A stretch of DNA of 64,000 nucleotides, taken from Pocillopora damicornis. Lineage: Eukaryota. Position numbers and translations under genes: made by a program. Location: positions 186,001 to 250,000 of the forward strand of contig NW_020844152.1 of assembly GCF_003704095.1 (NCBI RefSeq), in the 5' to 3' direction. Position 1 is the stretch's first letter. Every line of letters begins with the position of its first letter. The notes under the pieces are model-generated. The model searched no databases, was not told the DNA's origin, and was given only the letters and a program-made list of their open reading frames with translations. Shown here piece after piece: positions 1 to 11,399 of this stretch.

Positions 1-3000
1 AGAGCAGTGAAATCACTGAATGTGAGTGAAGTGTTAAATGAGACTGTGTCAAGCACTGAGGATAAAGTGGACAATGAACTGTTAGACCTACTGAATGATG
101 TCAAGACTAGGCTGGCACTTATCAAAGCTAAAATCAGAAATGTCTCCATGGATCTCCTTGAGGTAGACTCAAATTTTCCTAAATTACAGGAACTGACAGA
201 TCTCATGGGTAAGTTTTGATAGTTTTGGTTTTTCCACTGAAATAGAGTAACTGAATACCATTTGTTCTGTTGCATGTTTTTTTTAAGATCAGAGAATTAT
301 TATTTGCTTTTAACTCCCAAGATTGTTAATTCTCCCTTCTAGCTGCTATACATTCCTTGGAAAATAGTTATGGGAATTTGGTGTTAGATCAAGATAACAA
401 CTTCTGCTTGAATATTCTCAATACCTATTTGCTGGACAATGTATGTACATTAACGGGGGAAGTTAGAGGTTAATCTCTTATGGGGTGAAAGGATAACACG
501 CTGTTTGTTACGCAAATAGTAAAAGAAGAATATTTTATGACTCAGATGGGAAAGGTCGTGAACTTGGGGAGAATGCAACAGATTCAAAAACCAGAGCAGA
601 CGATGCAAGGAAGAAAGCTGAAGACATTAAGGTGCTGTGTTGGAAATTTGGTTTCGATAAAACGTCTATTGTGCTAGTGTAAACAAAAAGTTTGATTTTA
701 AAACGTTGTCACAAAGTCGAAAGTGAGTGTAAAGCTGTTTTAATGAAGTCTTATGTTTGCATTCATAAAACTATGATGTGTTGCAAGCTTTGAAACTTTC
801 TGAATTTTTGTTACCAATAAGATAATCATTTTCGCGCTCGAAAGTGTTTGTTTAATGTTAATACAATAAACTATCGTCCTGACTCCTTGACCTTCTCATC
901 GTGCTAACTGTAGCAATTAAACAAAACAACATTGCCTTTGCCTCCTAGGATCAGCTGAGTGACCTATCTGGGCTAAGGGACTCTATTGTCGCGACAAACA
1001 GCAACATAACAGAAGCTGAAAAACAAGTGATGAATGGTTTAAATATGTCTTTGGAAATTAGAGAGAAAGTGCTGATTCAGGAAAAACGACACCAGCAGAT
1101 TCTTAACGAGTTGGACTCTGAGGTGTCGCGACGTTTAATGGACATCAAAAATATGATGATTAAGGCAAATAATCTGCTCAAGTTCACCACACCTGTTATG
1201 AAGTTTGATGGGGAGGCTACAAGTTCACCAATATTACCTCCTGCTATGAAGCAGGAAGTTAGAGCTATGAACATCTTGATGTATTTGAACCCTGATAAGC
1301 CCGATGGCTTGGTAATGTTCCTGGGAGATGCAGAAGGCACCAGCACTCGTCGCCAAAAACGTCAGTCTCAGGAATCTGACTGCAAGACGGATTACATAGC
1401 TGTGCAGTTGAAGGAAAGGAAACCACAGTTGAAGATATGCACAGCAGTTAAGGGACTTGTGGAGATTGGGGTGAAAGATAACGATTTTGAGATGGAGACT
1501 ACCGGCAATGTCTGGTATAAGCTTGAAGTTGACATGTAAGTTTCAGTGTTTTAATACTGTGTGATTTGTAATAATATGCTGATCATGGCTGTTTAAAGAG
1601 TGAGATGGAGAACGGAAACAGTAACATCTTTTTAAACCTACAACAGTTTGTTAAGGTGAATTTGAATGATCAAGAGCAAGGTTATTCGCCATTATAAACT
1701 GAACAAAAAGTAGTTTTGAAATAAAACAAAAGAGTTTGTGTATGCGGAAATCTTAACGTTGTGGGCACAACTCAGAGACATTGTAGCCTGAGCCGTGAGG
1801 CGAGGGTTAACATGACTCTTAGAAGGGCCTAAAACATATTTATACCCAAGAACACTCTACTATTATTGTTAACTTGGAGGGCATCGAGAAACAAAATACT
1901 GAAAAAAAGGAAAACAAAACAGCCTGAACAATCACGCGATTGTCTACTGTAGCCTCCACAAACGCACCACAATGCTCGACGAAATGATAACAGTAAAACT
2001 GAATAAGTGCTGAGAAGATTTCAAGAAGCCTTGGACTTACTCAAAGAGGTCATTGTATTAAGCTGTTATTGTTAATAGGTTCCACAAGTTTTTGTTGCTA
2101 CTACCTCCCATATTACAGTAAATGGTTAGAACCCGGGCGTAACACGTAATAACGTAGTTTGATCGTCCGTACGAGTGTAGTCCTAAGAAGAACTGTCGTC
2201 GGTAGTGGTGACTGACGTTTCGACGTTTCCTGAGCGGAGGTCACCATCAGAGTCTGATGGAACAGGGTACTCATAGATATGTGGGATGCAGCACGTTTTC
2301 TGTTTTGCATGTGAGACATGAGGGTTTATTTATCTCCTTATTATAATGATTGGTTTTTCTGTTTTGATTTACAGGGCCGGAGATTGGGCAAGTCTTACAA
2401 TTAAGTACTTTGTTAATAAAAAAGAGGAGATTGTAATAGGGCGGAGGTCATTAAAACTGGATAATCCCAAAATAGTATTCAACGAGGACAGTGATTTGAT
2501 TGTTGGTGGTGTTCCTGCGAAAATGAAACTGCCATCTAAAGTTGAAGCGGTTAATTATACAGGATGTATTGATGGCCTGGAAATGAATTATCATTTTGTA
2601 GGATCATGGAACACCGAGGTATGTCTTTCACTGCAGGTGAAATTGAGTTACCTGCTTCTTAACTTAACTTATATTAAGAGCAGTGTCTAATTAAATGTCG
2701 GAAAACCAAAGCCCAAATTATCTCGGTGATCCAATCAAAACAAAGGTGTACATTATCATTAGCCAATGAGAGCTCAGAGTGAAACCAAGCGCGGGAAAAC
2801 GTGAATGACCAAGTTGCAATTGTTTTTACTTTTCCATCTGATTTGTTGAAAGGATGGCTCGAATTTTCTGGTCCATTTACAGAGCAAAGTTAAGTGAAAC
2901 TAAAGCAATTGTGGATTACCTGCGACACTCATTTGAAAATTTCTCAGATACGGTATTGAAGGTCCGTTATTTTAAATTTTGGTTCTTGTAGGCTGTGTGT

Positions 3001-6000
3001 TGTTGGGATTTGGGTCAACTTGATGAATTGTTGGACGTGTCATTTTGGCGAACTAAGTCGGCGATCTCAGTCAGGAAACATTCGCCTTTCATCCTTAAGT
3101 AAATTACATTTAAACTTACAGTAATATTTGCGCACTCTTTATGATATATTTCCTTTTATTTTAATTCCTTGTAGATTCTTGAGAAACCTTCGAAAAATGA
3201 AGTGTGTCCCTCGCGTAAGGGTGCCACAGAATTTGCTGTGGATGAAGAAAACGCACCCAGAACTTTCTTTGGTACTGGTTATGTCAAGTCTGGACCGTAT
3301 CAAGAGGATGATCCTATGGGAACCTTCGATCTAAAATTTAGAACAACTTCCTCAAATGGAATCTTGGTTATTGCCATTGATGATGATGATGCATCTCTTT
3401 TCCAGGCCCTTGAGTTAATTAACGGGCGCGTTGTTCTCTCTTACAATATGGGTCATGGATACAGAAAGCTGACTTCCACAAAGTTGTATGACAATGGAGT
3501 GGAGGTCACCATTGTAAAGAGGGATTTTGATAGAAGAGGTTTCAAGTTTTCATTAAGTATTACATCCGAAGACGGCAAGAGTGAGGTGCTTGCCGACGGT
3601 AAATCGTTTTACAAGGATCGACGCCCCAGGTTTGTGAATGCTGACTTCGTATACTGGGGAGGCATGGAGAACAGAACTGCCATTCCTGTGAACGTGTAAG
3701 TACTTTGAGTAGTATTATATTATACATACTAGCTGCTGGATAGTTTTTTTCTTGTGCTATAAGTAAATATATAAATCCTGCACCATTTTTAGACTCTTCT
3801 CGGAAATATGTTGGTTTTGTTGAAATATTTTTCAGTTTCACGGATGAATTGTCAAAATATGGACACCTGAAGATGGTAGGGGGAAAGGAAGGGGGCCTGG
3901 GGCAGAAAACAGTGGCGCTTGAGATGGTCGGCTTTAGCATAACAGTTTGCCACGGTGCTCCTGATTATTTTCTCGGGCTCCCAGATTAAAGTGATGCTTG
4001 CAGCCATTTACACTTGAAAAATGAAAATGGATCAAGTTCTGGACCTTATACAGGGAGGGTACTCGGGTCAATTTTTTGCTGGGTATGTGCCGTGACCCCA
4101 AAGAACCCCTGCCTCATTGTAATCTATTCTATGACCAATAATAGACCCTTCCCACCCCCACCTCCCAGAGACAGTGTCAGTTTTTGTTGAGTTGATGTAG
4201 ACAGGGGAGCTGTACTCCCTCAGACCCTGAACTTGGTGGTCTGTGAAATCATTTACTTTCTTTATCATCCAGGACCAAAAGCTTTTTTAAAGGTTGTCTG
4301 TCTGATATGAAGTTATCCACCGGTGAAATCAGAGTTCAGCCCAGCCCAGGATACATTTTTGGGTGTAAAGTCAAGGTATGTTATTTCAAGAATCTCCCCA
4401 AAATGAAATGAATACTGTTTGAAGTGAATTACATGATTGTCCTTTCGCCATTCAGTATTTGGCTTACGCACCACCAGGAATAAAAAAGCCAAAGCCAAAG
4501 ATGTGTTGAAAAAAATTCTTCAAATGGAATTCTCATTTTGTGCTAAGGGTTTGCATCGTCTTTCCGTAATAAGAGAGAGCAATAAATCGTACTTATTTAT
4601 GATATTGTAGAATACTCTTACGCTTTTCCTGATTTTCTGATCTGCAGCCAGCACATAATGTGACATTCCTTGGAGCAACGAGCTACCTTGCTATAGAACC
4701 ATTTCTGGGTCAGCAAAGAAGAGGTTTTAATATTGGGTTGTCCTTCAGAGTTGACCACAAAACTAAAAATGGGCTTATTTTCCTGGAGACTCATGGTCAA
4801 GAAGTGAGTGATTCATTCCAACCTTCTGATTCCTCTTTAGTTTTCATTATCATGCAGTTTGAGTTCTTCAAAGCCACGTCAAAACACAGCAAAATTTTTC
4901 CATCCAATTACTTTTTTTGGAGCAAGAGTTCTACACTTACTCATGCTCGTCGGTTAGTGACATGCTGAGAAATTCCAGTGATATTTCTTTGGCATTTTCA
5001 ATGTTTTGGGGCATTTTATTGAGCTTACAAGCCAAGGCTTGCATCATGTTGGGCGTAGAAGTCAAAGACTTTGTTGGTTGAACTTTTTTTTTGTTCAAAG
5101 TTGGGGCTCTAAATGGTCAGCATATAATCCGGATATTGGTCTGATCAATTTTCCCCTTTTTTCTTGCAAAAGTAGAAGGGTTTGGAAAAAGGAAACTTCT
5201 GAGTGTTGATTTGTTGTCAAAATAAGGTGGTCACAAAAAAAGAAAAAAAAATCTCGAGGCTAATCTTATTGAATGTTTTCTTTTTTTTTATCAATGTCTA
5301 ATTGCAGTTGGATTTTATTGCCTTGGGCTTGATTGACGGAAAGCTGCGATTTTCAGCCAGCCCTGGAAACAGAGCTGTATCTGTAACGAGTAAAGCTGAA
5401 TACAATGATGGAAAATGGCATTTTGTACTCGTTCGTCAGATTGGTATAGGGTAAGCAAAAAAGAAAAGACAAATTTTGCGGGAAATGATATTAAGTCTCA
5501 TGTATTATGAATTTCGGCTCTTTTCGTGTTTGTAGGAAGTCTGACAAAAATGCAAAATTAAAAGGATCCTAGTTTAATTATTATTATAAAATAATTCACA
5601 TAGTACGCGCGCTCTGATTGGCCATAAAACCATTTTACATGAGCGTATGTAAACACGGTTTTCGTTCCTCTTTCATTAGTTATTGTATAAAAGAAATGTA
5701 AAATGGTTTCCGTGTTAACATAGCCCGATGTAAACACTTGGGAGTTTGGGAGAACACTCGATAAGCTGGAAACCTCCCGCATGTTTACATCAGGCTATGT
5801 AAACACGGAAACCATTTTACATTTCTTCAATTGTTACCATTCAATTATTTGTTGAATGTCAATTAGTCACCATATTCTTAAATCATGTTTCTCTTCTGAA
5901 AAAGGGTATTCATAAATATGTGGGATACGGTGGGTATTTTTTTTTATATGGGAATAAAAATCTTCTGCAATCTTCTAGCGTCATGTTAAAACCCCTATTT

Positions 6001-9000
6001 ATGTTCAATGCTAGTAAAAATTGCGCAATGTCAGTAGCTGCATGCATTCTCATACTGGCTCCTTTGAGATACCTTCTCTTTTCAGAATAAGTTTTATATA
6101 GGTTATGTAAGTTTTTTTGTTTTTGACAGCGTTGTTTTGTTTTGTTTTTCTCGTTATTATCAGGATTTCTCTGCGTGTGGACGATGAGGATCCAGAAGTA
6201 ACAGTATTTGAAAACGTGATGCAGCAGTTGATTCAGACCACTAACGATATGTATCTGGGAGGAATCCCTGAAAACTACATGGATACTGTTAGAATTAGCA
6301 ATATTGACAATGTTATTCTCAATTCTCTGAAGGGCGGCTCCATCCGAGACTTGACTTTTGATCAAACGTGAGTTCAAATTGTACTTTATAGTTTGATGTT
6401 TTTGGTCGTAATTTTAGAAAGAATCGTCTGAATACTTCCTTCAATAACTCATATGCTCCACGCATTTTTCATTCAATGTTTTACCTTCTCGTACCGTTTG
6501 GAGAGATCAATCTGGTCATAGCCGTTGGTATGTTTAAATCCCTATGCAACCAAAGGCAGAGGGGAAGAGCACGCATTAGGTGAACATCTATCGGCCTGAA
6601 TTCGCCGCCGTCATTCCCCCCCCCCCCAACCCTTAAAGAAGAAGAAGAAGAAAACGAGAAAAAAAGGGAAAATCGCTAGGTGTACCGGTTAGCCGAGTGA
6701 AGTCGGTTAATCAAAGTGAAAGCTCGCTGTAATTCACTGCAATGGTTAGCTCATCCGTGCTTACAACCAAGTCTTTTGGTGTAAACGAAGTGGCCATTAC
6801 ATTCAGTGAGCATTACACCCCTTTACATCTCCTTCCCCCCTTCCACCACACCTTGTCACAGCAAATGGAAGTGTGACTCTGTAGTCCGACTCTGTGTTAA
6901 ATGCAACTATTTTTAACGACTGAGGACTGAGCGCTACCAAATCACCCCCACAAAACATTCTGACCATCAAACTTTGTCTAAGCGAGCTTAACAACTACTT
7001 ACTTGCGAGATGGTAATTTTTCCTCACCTCTGCGGTTGATATTCCATTTGATTTGTTCGTTTACAGACTGTTTGACTTCGAAAAGTATAAGAGGAGAAGA
7101 AATGTCATATTTGATAATGATGATTACTCAGAACCGTCGCCTAAGCTGGACATAATTGAGAGTAAGAGACATCTTTCCTTCTGCTAAATTTGAAAGGAGT
7201 GTATTTGAAACAAAGAAAGCTACGTATTGAATGTGTGATGAAGATCATTTCTCCGTGAGGGTTAAAAATTTTGATTTTTTTTTTTCCTAATCGCACGAAT
7301 TTTAAAATTTCGTGCGGTACCGTTTTTTTTCTTTCTAGAATTGCAAAATCATCGTGAGATAAGACTGTTTGGTTTTAGTTGAGTGTGATATAATTCTTAG
7401 ATTTGGAAATTGCAGTGTAAATATGTATGTTTCTTTGTGGATGTATTTACGTCGGAAAACCTCTACCCTGTTCCAGGCGTTCAGTTAGTCAGACGAGGTC
7501 CGATAGTAAACAGCGCGATAGTAGAGGAGGAGTGAAAAAAAAAATCAGGGAGTTTTGGCTCGGGTCGCGAAATGAAGAACCCGACCCAAACCTCTCTCGT
7601 TTTTGTTCCGCTGCTACTATCTCACCGTTCACTATTTCGCTCCGCTTCACAAATTGAACGCCTGGAAAAGGCTTGAAAACCTGCGGGAAAAGTGGTTATT
7701 TTCTTCATATTGTTACACTGGTTTTGTGGTGGGTCGACTGTTCGCTCTGTTTTGCGTCTCCCTCTTGATTCTTTACAGAACCACCAGATATTGGGGAAAT
7801 GACCACAACAACCAGCCCTCCTCCGTCCACAACCACAGGTCCCCCAACAACAACAACATCAACACCAACAACAACAACAACAACAACAACAACACCACCT
7901 CAAGTGTGTCAAGTGCCAGAGAAACCAGCACAAGAGAATGGAACTGGAGTGTTAGGATTTGGTTATGATCTCAATAGTCATGCAATGTATACTGTGACTG
8001 GAAATAAAGTTCTCTCCAAGTTAATCAGTTCGACGTAAGTTGGAGCATCAGTCAATATACAAACAGTAGTTCTGGAAAGTGATGCTTATGCATTTTTATG
8101 GTTTAATTGAGAACGATAGTCACGCAAGAAACGGATTGACGTAAATTTACAGTTCTTAAATATCGTAAAGTGATATGAAATCTCCAATTTCCATACGCGT
8201 CCTGTGGTCTTTTAAAATTGGGTGGAAGAGCGGGGGAAGGAGATTAAGAAACGTTGTGCGGGGTGTTCTTACCTTTTAAGTCTCTTCCGAATGGTAATGT
8301 ATCTTTACATCCATTTTCAGGACTGATTTGAGCTTTGATTTCCGTGCTTCAAATCCGGACGGAATCATTTTATATACCGCAATCGATAACGACAAGCAAG
8401 CGGACTTTATTGTGTGCAATTTGCTAAATGGGAATGTGTCCTGTGGCTTTAGCGCCGGAGGGGGTATCCTGCGGCTCACCTCACCTGATGCAGTTTACAG
8501 TGATGGCACTTGGCACACAGTCAGTTTCGTTTCTTGCTTAGATTTTTTTTGTCGTTTTTTTGTTTGATTTGGTTTTTGTTTATATTATCGTTGTTTTCGT
8601 TATTTTTTGTATTTTTTTGTGTGTTCTATATTTTAATTTCTTTTAGAGTTCATGGAAATATACTTCCCAAACTCAGTTGAGAAGTATTCTGTCACGTTAG
8701 GGAAGGTATGGTGGGTTAAACCGATTATTTTAATTTTTAGGTACAACTCACGCGCGATGGGGTGGACGGCACGCTTTTCGTGGATGGTACACTTGTTATG
8801 ACTGGAGCCGCCGCTGGCTCTCCTAAGTTTATCAATGGACTCAAGGAGCTGTACCTAGGAGGCACTCCACAGGGTTTTGATGCAAAGCGAGTCACGGTCA
8901 GCGGTGTTCCAGTATAGATAACTGTTTTTGTAATACGTCATCAGCACCTAGTAAGGGTACAAGGTTATTTGCGGGGGAGAGAGGGAGGGAGGGGGAAGTT

Positions 9001-10981
9001 AGTTATACCTTAAGTTTTGATAAGTGAATGTTCAAACGTTGTCTCACGATTTTGAGATGTTTCGGTTTTTTTAGAAGAAAATCTGCGTTCTGTTGGTTCT
9101 TGGGTGGTGTCGTGAACCAATCTTTTCTGTACTGTGTGGGTTCTCTCCTCTACGATTATTATTTTGGTTTAATTGAATGTTTACCTCTCTGTTGCCGTAT
9201 CCTGTATTGTTTCAGGAGATCATGAAGATCCTCTTTATTGAACAATTCATCCTGTAAGAGAAAAACTCTCACTAACCCTAAGCAAAACCCTTGTAATAGA
9301 CTTGTTTTGCTTGTTGTCGTAGATACTCGCCAGTTAGCATCAATTACTCATTCACTGTTTTGATTCTTTTCAGGTTGGTGCACGTGCAAGTTTCCCAGGA
9401 TGCATCAGGAACGTTAAAGTCAATAATGACGATATTGGTGAACCTTCAAGTCTAATCAAGGTTCAAGATTGTTACATAGACAGTCCTACTTCAGGAGTCA
9501 GCTTTGACATGGGTGGTGGATACCTGCAAGTTGGTGAGTTTGTACTCAGAGAAATTGATCAAATTAACCAATGGTGTGCCTCTGAGATTTTCTTAAAATG
9601 CTTCCTATGGGTCTCCTCGTGCCCACTCGTCCCAAAAATGCTGTAAGCACCTGGATCTGAAAAAGATTAAATCTCTCAGGTTGGTAGTTACTAATCAATA
9701 TATTTTTATTATGTTTATTTTGCAGCCAAAACTTACACTGTGGGAATGGATGAAGTGATCTCCATGGAAATAAAACCAACGTCTCACACGGGTCTTCTGT
9801 TATCATCTTCAAATTCCAAGGGAGACTACATTGTGTTAGAGATTATTCGCGGAAACGTACGTATTCCCAATAGCGCATGCTCAATGCTCATTTATCAGAA
9901 CAGTGTTAGGTCATGAAAATGGTAGGGATCGTTCAGCATCGTTAGTTCATTTGAATCGTCTTCCCCCCACTTCTTATCATTCAGACCAGCAAACTGAAAG
10001 AGTTCTTTATTATTTGTTGCGAAAGGTGATCTTCCGGGCAGAAAATGGCGGGGGGCAGCTGGTGGTGGAGAATACTGCCGAGGATCCTCTTCGACTCTGT
10101 GACGGACAGTGGCACAAGATTAGGGCCTGGAAAGAAGGGAATTTGGTGAAACTTCAAGTTGACGAAGGAACAATACTGGAAGGTGAAAGAAAAGGATCTC
10201 AAACCAACGCAAATATCTACGACCCTCTGTATGTCGGAGGTCTCCCAGGTAGGTACATGGTGCATGCGTAGTTAGCCTCTTGTCTGTGATTCAGTTTCCT
10301 CGTTGATGACTATGTGTGGTGTTCAGTGATTTTGTCTCCTCGCCATGAAGGAATCAATCTTAGAAAAACCGTGTCTTCATACTCCTGCATTTTACACGAC
10401 CTCGAAGATGGAGTAATCGTGAAGGAAACGTGCTGAAACTTATGTTTTCAAACACTGCTACGACGGTTTATGTTCCTTTATCAACTCCTTATCAATAATC
10501 AACACAGTATCTTAAGAAATAGACACTAATGAATAACTTACCCCAGTCGCATGGCTCAGCAAAGCTTACATAACTCTTTGTTCCCCTTGGTCAGCGTTTC
10601 TATTTACCCTCCAAAGAATAAGTTAAAATATATTTTATATATTTTATAATTCGTAACAGCGCTCTCTTGTATTTCTTCAAATCAACATTCGTGATCCTGT
10701 TATTATACGATTTGCCTGCCGATGAAGCGCAAGTAAAAGTTAACAACCTTTTTTGTTTGTTCAAGTGATGTGGTGTCTCTTAATTCCTCTCTGACCCAAT
10801 ATATTGAATGTTTTGTCCTGCAGCGGGTGTAGAGGCTAAAGGTGTGACGGCTACCGAGAGGTACACGGGTTGCATACGTAACTTGGAGTCTAAAGATAGA
10901 AATGCAGCGAAGTCTCTGAAGCTTGCCAATCCTGTGGAATTAGGTGGAAATGTTTACCTTGGAGGCTGTCCTTACAACTAA
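1..10981 (+). CDS. Laminin alpha chain, 3' portion (end of coiled coil plus LG1-LG5), probably alpha3/5 (LanA) type; 5' end lies outside the window
   Basis: Phase-consistent GT-AG exons: <1-208, 546-631, 949-1535, 2375-2618, 3175-3695, 4273-4375, 4648-4803, 5308-5450, 6164-6367, 7067-7161, 7779-8034, 8321-8519, 8741-8896, 9374-9533, 9726-9856, 10026-10248, 10824-10981 (TAA). Heptad coiled coil followed by five LamG modules (FRTTSSNGIL, YNDGKWH, DGTWHTV, CDGQWH, LYVGGLP, YTGCIRNL), a Thr-rich LG3-LG4 linker, and C-terminal ...GGCPYN*. Confidence 0.93.
310..496. mobile_element. Degenerate TTAA-CCCTT (piggyBac-like) MITE family copy
   Basis: Begins taactcccaagat and ends ggggtgaaaggataa; internal similarity (ggaatttgg..gatcaa) to the 41152-41337 copy. 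Confidence 0.5.
2150..2256 (-). mobile_element. Penelope-type terminal-repeat fragment with a minimal hammerhead-ribozyme motif (2210-2254)
   Basis: Minus strand reads GACT-CTGATGG-TGAC...GTC-GAAA-CG-TC-AGTC: stem I GACT/AGTC, stem II GAC/GTC, core CUGAnGA with one mismatch. Confidence 0.62.
2677..2946. mobile_element. MITE-like dispersed repeat (related fragments at ~19690-19850, ~22410-22480, ~58975-59150)
   Basis: Imperfect terminal inverted repeats agagcagtgtctaattaaatgtcg / cgacactcatttgaaaatttctc; shared internal agccaat(c/g)ag and catctgatt(t/g)g motifs across copies. Confidence 0.5.
5585..5828. mobile_element. Hairpin-containing dispersed repeat (MITE-like), copy 1
   Basis: ~46-bp inverted arms 5691-5736 / 5782-5827; near-identical second copy at 14546-14872. 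Confidence 0.75.
7464..7673. mobile_element. MITE with terminal inverted repeats
   Basis: cctgttccaggcgttca ... tgaacgcctggaaaagg; internal gggtcg/cgaccc hairpin. Confidence 0.6.
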
Positions 10982-11399
10982 TGAACTATTTCCTTCACTA
11001 TCTCCCATTTGTCTATTCAATTAGTTTGTGGTTTAAAGGCAAAAGGCTCAAAGGTTTTGTTAATGTTTTAAACCAATTTTTTATAATTTTTTCACTTTCC
11101 TATCACGAAGTAGTTTAAAAAACTATGCCAGTCTAGCGAGATGTGTTTCTTAGATACTGGCGTAAAAAGATTAAGAATTCATTTGAATTCCTAACACAGC
11201 ATTTTATCTTGATAACATGTTACTTTCATGTTGGGAATAAAAATCTTACTTCAGTTTTGCAGTGTTTTCCTTTCTGCGACGATAATACCATATGGCAATA
11301 AACATTTGAAGTTGCTATTCCTCCTCTTTTATCCACCAGTACACATATAGTTCTTCCACCCTGAGGACACATGCTCCCCACGAGCATCGATAAACTATT

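Noticed and set aside
3836-3875. Extra laminin exon (cag|TTTCACGG...ATG|gtagg)
   Set aside because: The peptide is not LamG-like and its phase is incompatible with exon 4273-4375, which supplies the expected FKGC motif.
7603-7968. Asn-rich ORF, and similar Met/Ile-rich ORFs at 49553-49846 and 53278-53688
   Set aside because: Alternate-frame or antisense shadows of low-complexity coding tracts.
11245-11313. Possible last exon of the metallophosphoesterase (minus: QLQMFIAIWYYRRRKENTAKLK*)
   Set aside because: It resembles a TM-end plus basic tail, but has no polypyrimidine acceptor and the wrong phase to join 15718; unsupported.
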